Shown here piece by piece: positions 1 to 9,566 of a DNA stretch of 64,000 nt. The notes under the pieces are model-generated. The model was not told the origin of the DNA. It worked only from the letters and a program-made list of their open reading frames with translations, and searched no databases. A program made the translations under genes and the position numbers. The stretch is from the NCBI RefSeq assembly GCF_032116555.1, contig NZ_CP134950.1:1-64000 (forward strand). Reading direction: 5' to 3'. The DNA is from Halorarum halobium. Its GTDB lineage: Archaea; Halobacteriota; Halobacteria; Halobacteriales; Haloferacaceae. The first letter of the stretch is position 1; the number at the start of each line of letters is the position of its first letter.

Positions 1-7
1 CTAATCA

Positions 8-244
8 ATTCACCTAATATTCTATCTGGTGGGTGGTTCTCGGGAGGCTCCACGAAAGTCCTGTATTAACGCCCTACTGTCCTACTTGGGTGTATTATGT
101 GATAACCTAATCTGAATTTATAATCTGAATGTAGTGCCTCCTGGTGGGTGGATGGATTCTCTAAAACCATTATCAACATACATTGGGTGGGGTAATTGGA
201 TCTATTGATTAGGTAAGTAAATTATGTGGATGAATTAGGTGAAT
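8..244. repeat. AT-rich region upstream of parA with repeated ACCTAAT/ATTAGGT and CTGGTGGGTGG motifs (candidate centromere/operator)
   Basis: ACCTAAT at 12 and 105, ATTAGGT at 208 and 234; ATTCACCTAAT (8-18) inverted to 234-244; CTGGTGGGTGG at 26 and 141; TAATCTGAAT at 108 and 121. Confidence 0.45.
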
Positions 245-301
245 GGGTTAGCCGTATGTCTGACGTACCTTTATTATGCGAACGACCGATGTGGAGAACA
301 C

Positions 302-1213
302 ATGCCCATCACCTATACCATCTACTCGGAATCAGGGGGAATCCACAAAACAACGTGGACAGCGAACCTCGCCGAGGCTCACGCTCGACAGGGATTCGAT
401 GTCCTCGTCATCGATCTCGACCACCAGGCCGCCAATCTCACCTACCTCTTCGATGTTGAGGAGGGGCGTGACGATCCCGAGGCAGACAATCTCGTCCGAC
501 ACGTCCTCGGACGACCCGACGGTGACTTCGAGGACCTCATTCGCAGCACCGACGAGGGAGTCGACGTCCTCCCGGCGCACGATATGCTCGAGGAATTCAC
601 CGAACTTCTCCTCCAACGTGAACGCTTCGAGGAGAATATGGGCGACGAATTCAACCGGTACGAGCAGCTCTATAACGTCCTCTGGGAGGAGAACAACGTC
701 CAGGACGACTACGACGTCGTCATCATCGACCCGAACGCTCGTGCTGAGATTATGCTGTATAACGCCATCTATGCCACTCGAACACTCGTATCACCGAGTA
801 AACCCGCTGGAAAGGGCAACAAGAGCCTCGAAGGGCTCGCAGGGCTCTTAGAGAGTATGAGTGAGAACCTGGGGATCGACGTCGGCGTCGCCGCAGTCAT
901 CCTCTCGGGTGCCGGTACAACCAGCACACACAACCGCTACATCGAAGAAATGGAAGATGAATACGGTATCGCCGCGACGATTGGCGAGCGACAAAGTATG
1001 ATGGACGAGATGTGGGATGCCCAAGGCACGGCGTTCAAAGTCGTCGAGGAAGCGTGGCACAACGGGGAGGCGGGAACCCGTCGCCTCCGCGAGCGCGAAG
1101 TCGAGACGCTCGAGACCATTCTCGATATTGCCAGCTACCTCACCGATGAGTTCGGCGTCGAACCCCCTCAGGAGCCGGAACTCAACATTGAGGACGCGGA
1201 GGTGATGTCCTAA
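302..1213 (+). CDS. parA: ParA/Soj-family partition ATPase
   Basis: Deviant Walker A ESGGIHKTT, VLVIDLDHQAANLT, YDVVIIDP; start taken at ATG 302 (MPITYTIY). Confidence 0.9.
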   Translation: MPITYTIYSESGGIHKTTWTANLAEAHARQGFDVLVIDLDHQAANLTYLFDVEEGRDDPEADNLVRHVLGRPDGDFEDLIRSTDEGVDVLPAHDMLEEFTELLLQRERFEENMGDEFNRYEQLYNVLWEENNVQDDYDVVIIDPNARAEIMLYNAIYATRTLVSPSKPAGKGNKSLEGLAGLLESMSENLGIDVGVAAVILSGAGTTSTHNRYIEEMEDEYGIAATIGERQSMMDEMWDAQGTAFKVVEEAWHNGEAGTRRLREREVETLETILDIASYLTDEFGVEPPQEPELNIEDAEVMS

Positions 1214-1719
1214 TGGCGGGGTTGAAGAAGGGAACTGGGAGCCTCGATTTCGACGAGGAGTCGGACGAGGAGCCCGAAGAGACGGACGAGACCGAAGCAT
1301 CCGAATCGGAGAGGGAGGAGAGAGCAGCAGAGACGGAGACGCAACCCGACGCACCGACGGAATCCGATCCGACCACAAAGCCCCCATCTTCGGAGGAAAT
1401 GCCACAGGAAGAGACCCAATCACAGGCGGTGACACCGTCCCAGTCGGGCGATTTCGATCTGGATGACCTTCCGTACCTCGTGCAACGGCAGATGCGCGGT
1501 GCGTCGGTGAACGCGGACCGAACCAAGCAACTGCTGCTCGAGGTTCGTCCCTTTGTCAAAGAGGGTGAAGAGGACTTCTTGAACGACCTGCAAGACCTCG
1601 TTGATGGTCCTGTGTACAAGGGTGACGCGCGCGAAGCTGCGATGGTAGTCGCACAGGAACACCCCGAACTCGTCGCCGAGACACTCCGTGAGTGGGGAAT
1701 CGAATATCTGGATAAATAA
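1213..1719 (+). CDS. Acidic ParA-partner protein of haloarchaeal plasmids
   Basis: Overlaps parA stop; MAGLKKGTGSLDF start, acidic linker, C-terminal domain ending LREWGIEY. Confidence 0.75.
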   Translation: MAGLKKGTGSLDFDEESDEEPEETDETEASESEREERAAETETQPDAPTESDPTTKPPSSEEMPQEETQSQAVTPSQSGDFDLDDLPYLVQRQMRGASVNADRTKQLLLEVRPFVKEGEEDFLNDLQDLVDGPVYKGDAREAAMVVAQEHPELVAETLREWGIEYLDK

Positions 1720-1819
1720 CCCGCAAGCGTCGAGATTCGCGCTCTCCTCTCTCCCCTAGATCCTCCTCGGAAGTTTGACTGCGACAAATCGGTATACAGC
1801 AGCTGCAGCACCGGCTGAG

Positions 1820-3076
1820 TCACTCGTCGACCGGGTGGGAAGTTGGCTCGTCGCCGGCGTCGTGTTGACCTCGCAGCTCTTGATCGTGCTCGGCGAAGGC
1901 GGCTTCAGCGCGTTCAGCCAGCTCACCCGCCTCAATGTGCGAGTAATGCTCGCGAACGATCTCTTCGGAGTTGTCTAGGTATCGGGCCGCCTCGGCGTGA
2001 CCGTACGCCCGGACGAGCACCTCACCGACACCACGACGAGCGCCGTGTGGAGCTAGATACCCGTGTTTATCGTCGAGGTCGATGTCCGCGTCCGCCGTGA
2101 GTCGTTTTAGGACCTCGCGAGCGCCGTGCGTCGTTAATGCAGGCGGTTCGATACCATAGTCAGCAAGCAGTTCGAGAGGTGACGCCTCGCCGTCATTCAC
2201 TTTCTCTGTGCGAATAGACTCGACTTCAGCCGGGTCATATCTTCGGGCGGTCATCGTCTGGGCAAACGTCTCCACCAGTGTCGGGTAGTCCAGGGTCGGG
2301 AACACCGGCCACTCCTCGCTTGACGCGTCTGTGATGCGCTTCAGCCGCTCCAGTGGAGGAACAGCAGGGTCTGGTAGCGGTCGGTCATCCCATTTCCCCG
2401 TTTTTCCGAGCACCTGGATGTTGTTGTCCTCGAACGAGACATCCGACCACCGCAATCCATCACGTCCGCGCCGATCGTCGTTTCCATCGGCGAGGACCTC
2501 GGCGCCGCGAACCCCTGTGAAGCAAAGGATGTAGACGAGTGCCCGATCACGAGTCGCCTTGATCGCCGTTTGGCGGTCCTCCGCGACAGCGTCGATGGCA
2601 TCGTGTGCTTGTTTGTTCACATACTCCAGGAGACGTGCTCGATGCTCGGCCGACCAGGCCTGTTGTTCTCCGCTCTTCCGACCTGTATCCTCGGGGAGTG
2701 GCTCTTTCGCCCGGCGTCGCTGGGCGATGTTCCCCGAGAGATAGCCTTCGCGAGCCGCCCAACCGCAAAATCCGGAGACGTGAGCGTAGTAATTCTGTAC
2801 CGTGCCCTCGGTCCACCCCTGCCGAGCAAGATACCGCGCGTACTCACGAAGATCACCGACGGACAGCTCCTCAAACGTCACCGATGACGACGAACGATCC
2901 TCCGCAAGAAATTCGATGAGCCGATTCACCTCGCGTTCAGCATGTCGTCGATACTGTCCGCTCTCGCCGTTGCGCCCCTTCCCCTTGTCCGAGAGGTAAT
3001 CTTCGAGAACATCGACGAGAGGTACCGCTGCGCCGCGTTCGTCACCTGAGTGCGAATGCTTCTCGTCGGAACTCAT
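1820..3076 (-). CDS. Tyrosine recombinase/integrase (intact)
   Basis: N-terminal core-binding domain; catalytic R (GVRGAE), K (GKTGK), HxxR (PHGARR), Y (HYSH). Confidence 0.92.
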   Translation of the reverse strand: MSSDEKHSHSGDERGAAVPLVDVLEDYLSDKGKGRNGESGQYRRHAEREVNRLIEFLAEDRSSSSVTFEELSVGDLREYARYLARQGWTEGTVQNYYAHVSGFCGWAAREGYLSGNIAQRRRAKEPLPEDTGRKSGEQQAWSAEHRARLLEYVNKQAHDAIDAVAEDRQTAIKATRDRALVYILCFTGVRGAEVLADGNDDRRGRDGLRWSDVSFEDNNIQVLGKTGKWDDRPLPDPAVPPLERLKRITDASSEEWPVFPTLDYPTLVETFAQTMTARRYDPAEVESIRTEKVNDGEASPLELLADYGIEPPALTTHGAREVLKRLTADADIDLDDKHGYLAPHGARRGVGEVLVRAYGHAEAARYLDNSEEIVREHYSHIEAGELAERAEAAFAEHDQELRGQHDAGDEPTSHPVDE

Positions 3077-3235
3077 CGCGATCCCTCGCTGTAGTCAAAT
3101 TCGGGTGGGGTTGGTTCTCGGGAACGAGCCGACAGGCGCCGATATCGCGCAGGGCCGTTCTGAGTGGTTGTATCCCGGGGTTTGAGCGGAGGCATTGGGT
3201 TCGCTGTGGCAGACGGCGGCCACCCCCTTGAATCT

Positions 3236-3263
3236 GTTTACGTTTATCGCACTAAACGTAAAC
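3236..3263. other. Putative tyrosine-recombinase core site (dif-like, 11-6-11)
   Basis: GTTTACGTTTA-TCGCAC-TAAACGTAAAC: perfect 11-bp inverted arms with 6-bp spacer, between two recombinase genes. Confidence 0.65.
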
Positions 3264-3369
3264 GCTCTACTGGCTCGATTTGAATCTCTAAACCGGCGAT
3301 AAACACGTCCAAACCCAAGAATGCGCCATTTTAGCCAACTCATAAATTATATACCGCTATACAAATTTG

Positions 3370-4273
3370 TGGTGTGGCTGGTGCGTCAACGAGGGCTATC
3401 TCGAGGCGCATTACGCGCAGCGGGCGAGTGCGATGGCGCCACTGCCGGAGGACGACGGCCGCAAGCCCGGCGACCAGCAGCTGGACGTCCGAACAGCGCC
3501 ACGTCGACGAACGGGCCCGCGACGCCGTCGAGGTGTACACGACACTCCCGGAGGAAACTGACCCCCTCGACAAGCAGCGAGGACGCTACGCGGCGCTGAA
3601 GGCGGCTCGTGACCGAGCTCTGGTGTTCGTTCTCGCGTACACCGCCGTTCGGGTCGGGGAACTCCTACGGGATCCGAACGACCCGCGTCGGCGCGGCGTC
3701 CGCTGGGAGGACCTCTCGCTCGACGACGGGAGTATGGACGTCTACCGGAAGAAACAGCAGTGGGACGCCGCCAGTCTCCCCGACCCGGTAATCTCTCCGC
3801 TGCGAAGCTATCGCCAGCTGATGGACCCGCCGACGGAGCGCTGGCCGGTGTTTCCGACATTCGACCAACGGACGCTCGCAGAGCTCGTCCAGGAAGAACT
3901 AGCCGAACGAGGGGAACGCCCAGAATCGATTACCGAGCGTCGTGAAAAGTACGCTCGCGACCTTCTCTTGACACTTGAGGGGGATATCCGGCCGCCGTCG
4001 ATCACGACGGATGGCGCACGATCGAATCTTCAACGGCTCTCAGAGGCCGCAGAGATTGACATCGACCATCCGAAACACGATTATCTTGCCCCGCACGGTG
4101 GTCGCCGAGGGATGGGTGAGGTGCTTGTCCGCGCGTTTGGGTACACTGTCGCTGCTCGGTACTTAGACAACTCTGAGGAGATGGTTCGTGAGCGCTATTC
4201 GCATATTGAGGCAGGCGAGCTAGGGGACGTTGCAACTGAGGCGCTCGAGAAGATCGATAGTGTACCGCAGTAA
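3370..4273 (+). pseudogene. N-terminally truncated, frameshifted tyrosine recombinase
   Basis: WCGWCVNEGYL...KPGDQQ frame shifts near 3481 into WTSEQRH...AVRVGE...PHGGRRG...RYSH; paralog of 1820-3076 lacking its N-terminus. Confidence 0.85.
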
Positions 4274-4305
4274 CTTATTTCGAGTGTGGGGGGAGACCGT
4301 CGCGT

Positions 4306-4959
4306 TCACACTGCTTCGACGGTAAACAGCGTGTCGTCGCTGAGGACAGTCTGTACCCGGCGGTGCCAGGCGTCAGCGAAGGCCTCTCGGTGCTGGTGGC
4401 TTGCCGATTCGTCGAGAATCCCCTGGAGGTTCCCGATTGCGGGTCCACCGTCAGGAACGTCGCTGACGTGGTAGGTCACTTCGACGGTCTCGTCTGTGTC
4501 GGTTCGCCGGAACCGGAACGTCGGCTCCGCCGTGTCCGGGTCGAACGCGTCGAAGACGAGAAGGTCGCGGCGGCCGCCGTAGCCGCCGGCGAGCCCGCTG
4601 AATCCGTCGTCTTCGGTCGCGCCAGTGACGTACGAGATGATGCGGCTCATCACGCCGTACGCAGCATCGTCCTGCGGGCCGGCCGCCTGTACCTCGATTT
4701 CGCTCCGAACTGGATAGTCGTCGGAATACAGGGCGTCGAGCCCGAACTGGACGATTCGGTAGGCGCCCGAGGCAGTCGGGCAGGAGTGCCCGGCCTCTTT
4801 CACCGCGTCCGCGTACGTGATGACGAACGGGTCGCCCGGTTCGAGGACGCCGAGGGCTTCCGCGACGGGGTCACGGATCTCGATCGGGTCGACCTCGTAG
4901 TCGACCTGCCAGTCGGTACCAGTGGGAGTCGCGTCAGTCGAAGTTGAATTAGTTGTCAT
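4306..4959 (-). CDS. FmdE-like metal-binding protein
   Basis: AGHSCPTASGAY motif; directly downstream of the metal ATPase. Confidence 0.65.
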   Translation of the reverse strand: MTTNSTSTDATPTGTDWQVDYEVDPIEIRDPVAEALGVLEPGDPFVITYADAVKEAGHSCPTASGAYRIVQFGLDALYSDDYPVRSEIEVQAAGPQDDAAYGVMSRIISYVTGATEDDGFSGLAGGYGGRRDLLVFDAFDPDTAEPTFRFRRTDTDETVEVTYHVSDVPDGGPAIGNLQGILDESASHQHREAFADAWHRRVQTVLSDDTLFTVEAV

Positions 4960-4971
4960 TGGTTGTGGTGG

Positions 4972-6891
4972 TTAGTGTCGGAGCAGTCGCATCCCGTTGA
5001 GGATAACGAGGAGAACGCTGGCCTCGTGGACCAGCATCCCAGCGGCGAGCGTAACGTAGCTCGTGAGCACGCCCGCGAGCAGGACAGTCACGGTCAGCAC
5101 CGCGAGCCCGACGTTCTCGAGGACGTTCCAGCGCGTCGCCTTGCTCAGTTTGACCGCGTACGGGATGCGTTCGAGGTCGTCGGCCATCAGCGCCATGTCC
5201 GCCGTCTCGATGGCGGTGTCCGTGCCGGCTGCGCCCATCGCAATACCGACGTCGGCGGTCGCCAGCGACGGCGCGTCGTTGATGCCGTCGCCGACCATCG
5301 CGACGACGTGGCCGTCGGACTGGTATTCTTCGATGACGGTCTGTTTGTCCTCGGGGAGGAGTTCGGCGCGGTAGTCGTCGATGCCCACCTCCCCTGCGAC
5401 GGCAGCTGCCGTCCGCTCGTTGTCGCCGGTGAGCATCACGGTCTGGATGCTGGCATCCTGCAGCGCCGCAACGACGCCAGGAGCGACCTCTCGGAGTTCG
5501 TCGCGCATGGCGATCACGCCGATGACGCTGCCGTCCCGCACGACGTGGACGGCCGTCTCACCACGCTCCTCACGGTTACGGACGTACTCGGCGACATGAG
5601 CCGGAACGTCGATGCCGCGGTCGTCGAGCAACGCCCGGTTACCAACGACGAGCTCCTGACCGTCTGCGTGGGCGACGACACCTTTCCCGGCGACCACGTC
5701 GAAGTCATCCGGATCTGGAACCGACCGGCGTTCGGCGTTCGCGTCGTCGGAATGGGCGACCGCCGCTCCGCCATCGGTTGCGGCGGTCGGACGGTCGCGT
5801 GCTGCGTCGACGATGGCGTCGGCGAGGTGATGTTCGCTCTTCTTCTCGGCGGTCGCCGCGAGCGAGAGGACCTCGTCGTCGGCGACGCCGAACCCCTCGA
5901 CGTCCGCGACGGTGGTCTCGCCCTTCGTGAGCGTCCCCGTCTTGTCGAAGGCGACGAGGTCGATTTTGCCGGAGCGCTCGAGGTGTTCACCGCCCTTCAT
6001 CAGCACGCCAGACCGAGCGGCGTTACCGATAGCCGAGACGATGCTGACCGGCGGTCCGATGACCAGCGCACCCGGACAGCCGATAACCAGCAGGGTCAAC
6101 GACAGGATCGCATTCTGTGTGACCGCGTATGCGCCGATCGCCAGCACGATGACGCCGGGCGTGTAGTACTTCGCGAACCGGTCGATGAGATTCTCCGTTG
6201 GCGACTGCGCCTCCTGGGCCTTCTCGACGCGGCGGATGATGCGTTCGAGCGTCGTATCCGAGCCCGCACCCGTCGTTCGGACTTCAAGCGCCCCTTCTTG
6301 GTTGACCGTCCCGGCGTAGACTTCGTCGCCGTAGGCCTTGTGGACGGGGGCGCTCTCGCCGGTGACTGGCGCCTGGTTGATGGCACTCTCGCCGTCGACG
6401 ACGGTCCCATCGACCGGAATCTTCCCACCCGGCTTCACGAGGACGACTTCACCCTCCTCGACGTCGTGAGCAGGTACTTCTTGGAGGTCTCCGTCGCGGC
6501 GTACTGTGGCCGTGTCGGGCGTCATCTCCAGGAGTTCCTGGAGGGCCGTCCGGGTCTTCCGCATTGTCCGGCCTTCCAGGTAGCTGCCGAGGCTGAACAG
6601 GAAGACGACGGCGGCAGCTTCCCAGTATTCGCCGATGACGATGGCACCAATGGCCGCCAAGGTCACGAGCGTCTTGATGCCGAGTGTTCGGTTGGTGACC
6701 TCGTAGTAGGCGGTCTTGGCGATGTCGTAGCCGCCGATGATCGCCGCGAGGATGAGAATACCGGCACTCGCTGTATTGAAGCCGGTGAAGTGGCCGAGGC
6801 TCCAGCCGGCACCGTAGAGCAGGCCGCTGGACGCCGTAACGATGGCCTTCCGGTTCTTCCGGTAGTACTGGGTGATCGTTTGTGCGTTCAT
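4972..6891 (-). CDS. P1B heavy-metal ATPase (P1B-4-like, atypical CPG motif)
   Basis: TGES, GCPGAL, DKTGT, SEHH, GDGINDAP, C-terminal HEASVLLVILNG; no fused HMA domain. Confidence 0.93.
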   Translation of the reverse strand: MNAQTITQYYRKNRKAIVTASSGLLYGAGWSLGHFTGFNTASAGILILAAIIGGYDIAKTAYYEVTNRTLGIKTLVTLAAIGAIVIGEYWEAAAVVFLFSLGSYLEGRTMRKTRTALQELLEMTPDTATVRRDGDLQEVPAHDVEEGEVVLVKPGGKIPVDGTVVDGESAINQAPVTGESAPVHKAYGDEVYAGTVNQEGALEVRTTGAGSDTTLERIIRRVEKAQEAQSPTENLIDRFAKYYTPGVIVLAIGAYAVTQNAILSLTLLVIGCPGALVIGPPVSIVSAIGNAARSGVLMKGGEHLERSGKIDLVAFDKTGTLTKGETTVADVEGFGVADDEVLSLAATAEKKSEHHLADAIVDAARDRPTAATDGGAAVAHSDDANAERRSVPDPDDFDVVAGKGVVAHADGQELVVGNRALLDDRGIDVPAHVAEYVRNREERGETAVHVVRDGSVIGVIAMRDELREVAPGVVAALQDASIQTVMLTGDNERTAAAVAGEVGIDDYRAELLPEDKQTVIEEYQSDGHVVAMVGDGINDAPSLATADVGIAMGAAGTDTAIETADMALMADDLERIPYAVKLSKATRWNVLENVGLAVLTVTVLLAGVLTSYVTLAAGMLVHEASVLLVILNGMRLLRH

Positions 6892-6895
6892 TGGT

Positions 6896-7111
6896 CTAGG
6901 CGGGCTGGGGCGTGTAGCCCTGGTTTTCGATGGCCTGTGCGAAGGCGTCGGGGTCAGCGACGTTGTCGTCGTACTCGATCTCGACCCGGCCGGTCGTGTA
7001 GTGGACTTCCACGTTCTGGACGCCGTTGACGTTCGAGAGGGCGCGTTCGACGGTGCTCGCGCAGGTCGGGCAGTCGAAGTCCATCACGCGGAGTTGGGTT
7101 GTCTCGTTCAT
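6896..7111 (-). CDS. HMA-domain metallochaperone
   Basis: MDFDCPTCASTVE; 71 aa, immediately upstream of ATPase. Confidence 0.9.
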   Translation of the reverse strand: MNETTQLRVMDFDCPTCASTVERALSNVNGVQNVEVHYTTGRVEIEYDDNVADPDAFAQAIENQGYTPQPA

Positions 7112-7309
7112 CACAGTTCTACGTAGCACCCGGACTGCCATATATATTTTTTAGATGATATGTTTGAATAGGAATATGGGGCGTTGGAACAGTCAAACGA
7201 GTCGTATAGGACTTCTCCACGCTCCGACCACAGGATCAGCCACCCGGCCGAATCGTTCGACAGCCGTATGCTCCGCTACCTTTTCCCGCGCGTGTCTCGC
7301 AGTCCCACT

Positions 7310-7834
7310 ATGAGCAGTTCCGGCGCCGACCACCATCTCGACGACATCGCGATCAGGGATACCCGCGTCTCGGACGCCATCGACGAACCGATGCGGGCGA
7401 TGATCCTCGACATACTGGCCGATGAGGCACGGACGGCAGGCGAGGTTCACGACCGACTTACCGAGCGAGGGATCGAGCGGACCGAAAACACCGTTCGGCA
7501 CCACATCAACGAACTCCGCGATTCCGGGCTCGTAGACGTCGTCCGCTTTGAGGAGGGGCGTGGCGGCACGACGAAGTACTACCACGCGAACACGATCGTC
7601 CTCTCGTACTCACTACCGGGTTCGGCTGATGCCGCCGTGGAGGAGATGACGGATGCTATCCAGCCGCAGGTCACGGAGGCACTGAACCATCTCACGGAGG
7701 AGTACGAGGAATCTATCGAGGAGATCACAACGGAGATGCAGCCGTGTGACCACTGTCGGAACCAGAAGTACGAGACGTACGTCCTGCTGACCGTCCTGCG
7801 GCGAGCGTTCGTCCGCGCTCAGCGGGAATCGTAA
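7310..7834 (+). CDS. ArsR-like winged-helix regulator with C-terminal CxxC
   Basis: EPMRAMILDIL...TENTVRHHINELRDSGLV; PCDHC; divergent from HMA-ATPase operon. Confidence 0.85.
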   Translation: MSSSGADHHLDDIAIRDTRVSDAIDEPMRAMILDILADEARTAGEVHDRLTERGIERTENTVRHHINELRDSGLVDVVRFEEGRGGTTKYYHANTIVLSYSLPGSADAAVEEMTDAIQPQVTEALNHLTEEYEESIEEITTEMQPCDHCRNQKYETYVLLTVLRRAFVRAQRES

Positions 7835-8044
7835 GCGACGCCAGTGACTCATAACGATATTTACTGACTCGGTCCATGGTGAGAGACTCCGTTGTTGTTG
7901 GATCTTCTGGTCACCCCATTCAGGACCCGTGTTCCCCGTGTCGCGCACGATCACCCGGGTGAAACGAATTGGCAGATGAAATCGCACGCCGTGAAGAGAA
8001 CGTTAACAGCGTCGATATCGTCGAAACACGAGTGATTGGGGGCG

Positions 8045-8338
8045 TTAATCGTTGTCGAGTTCGGAACCCGCGTCTCCTTCGGCGAAGATTCGCCGGGAGA
8101 TGATCGTTCCGTCAGAGATGGAATCAGGTTCGTCACGGCGGACGAAGCGTTTCTTGAGAACGTCGTAGGCGAACAGACTCGCACCGATGATAACGAAGCC
8201 CCAGTGGTAGCCTCCGACGTAGATCGTCCTGTCGACGCCGTCGCCACTGCCCGGGAGATTTCCAACGCATCCGGAGAGACCTGCGGTGCCGGCTCCGAGC
8301 GCAGTGAGAAACTCGCGTCGCTGTACTGTCGAGGACAT
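8045..8338 (-). pseudogene. Probable chimeric remnant: Tat lipoprotein N-terminus fused to an unrelated tail
   Basis: RREFL Tat motif and LSGC lipobox, then abrupt switch after GYHWGF to a hydrophobic/acidic tail; only 97 aa. Confidence 0.5.
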
Positions 8339-8347
8339 GATTGCAGA

Positions 8348-8716
8348 CTACTGCGACTCCTCGCGGGTGAGTTTCGCACGCCGTTCCTCGAACTCCTCGT
8401 CGGAGAGGTCGCCACGAGCGTACGCCACTCGGAGTTCCTCGAGTGCTCTATCGCTGGTCAGCGACGACCCGACACCACCGACGAGGCCGCGATAGAGGAG
8501 GTAGCCGATGCCGACGAGGACAACGAGCCAGACGAGCATCATTCCGATACCCCACAGCGGTGAGAGGCCGCCGGCCATGCCACCACCCCACCACCAGCCC
8601 ATCATGCCCATCATCGGCATCGCGAACACCATCATCAACAGCGGGAACAGGACGATCACCGCGAGGACGATCAGGACGATGCGGAGCAGGCCGTCGGACG
8701 TGCGCTCTTTTGACAT
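8348..8716 (-). CDS. Met/Gly-rich 2-TM SHOCT-domain protein
   Basis: MPMMGMMGWWWGGGM loop; ALEELRVAYARGDLSDEEFEERR. Confidence 0.88.
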   Translation of the reverse strand: MSKERTSDGLLRIVLIVLAVIVLFPLLMMVFAMPMMGMMGWWWGGGMAGGLSPLWGIGMMLVWLVVLVGIGYLLYRGLVGGVGSSLTSDRALEELRVAYARGDLSDEEFEERRAKLTREESQ

Positions 8717-8842
8717 AGTGAACCACTACGGACTTCGTTGGCTGCATTCATAAAGTTGGACGGCCAGTACTGCTCCGTTGGTGGTTCCTAGGTTGGGTGG
8801 CGGCTAATACGTCGCTCTGTGTCTTGCTTGGGGCGAATCCAC

Positions 8843-9064
8843 TCAGCAGCAGTCGGGGTCGTCGGGCGACCACTCACACGCGTTGCCAGTCGTCAAGTTG
8901 TTTTCGTCAACGTAGGTCGAGAGACACGCGTAGTTGCAGAAGTAGGTCGGCGACCCGCAGTCGTCGGTACAGTCGCGCACACAGATCGGGTCGTGGTCGA
9001 AGATACGCGACCTGCAGTAGGCGCACGTCTCATCAACGTTGGGGAGTTCGACGGTCGTAGACAT
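8843..9064 (-). CDS. Cys-rich TRASH-like small protein (73 aa, 10 Cys)
   Basis: CAYC...YFCNYAC...CC; acidic composition. Confidence 0.8.
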   Translation of the reverse strand: MSTTVELPNVDETCAYCRSRIFDHDPICVRDCTDDCGSPTYFCNYACLSTYVDENNLTTGNACEWSPDDPDCC

Positions 9065-9163
9065 ACCTGTGCTACGGGCACGAGTCAAAAACGCATTTCG
9101 CCAGCTGACCATCGATATACTCCGCCTCCGGGCTGAAGGCGGTGTGTGAGTGACAAGGAACGA

Positions 9164-9328
9164 CTAGAACTCGATCGCTCCGATCATCGGCTCGCCGACA
9201 CACTTCGGGCAGACATCGGTGTCGTATTCCGCCATACAGTGTCGGTGGCAGGAGATCCCGCAGTGCTCGCAGACGAACACCTCATCGTCGCGAGCGCATT
9301 CCGAGTCACAGATGTAGCACTGATCCAT
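9164..9328 (-). CDS. 54-aa Cys/His-rich zinc-finger micro-protein (C4HC3 pattern)
   Basis: Hand-translated: MDQCYICDSECARDDEVFVCEHCGISCHRHCMAEYDTDVCPKCVGEPMIGAIEF; below ORF-track cutoff. Confidence 0.8.
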   Translation of the reverse strand: MDQCYICDSECARDDEVFVCEHCGISCHRHCMAEYDTDVCPKCVGEPMIGAIEF

Positions 9329-9566
9329 GGATACTCGAACCCTGACTTGAAAACCGCATCAACACTATGTTCGGGGCCTGATAGATGTCTGATTTTCATG
9401 ACGGCTACCGACCAAGTCTACTCCTGTTTGGAGACAAAAGGAATGCCAAATCGTTGGCTATCCATTGCTCTCTTCGTGATACAACCCGATCTCAGGGTAA
9501 TTTGACGGGGTTAACTTTCGATTCTTAACAACAATTCGATTGAATGAGTAGAACGTCTTTCCACGT

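Noticed and set aside
1..300. Replication origin
   Set aside because: No orc/cdc6 or rep gene in view and no clear ORB element; the window edge limits judgement
4963..7029. 688-aa plus-strand ORF
   Set aside because: Antisense shadow of the P1B ATPase, typical of high-GC codon bias
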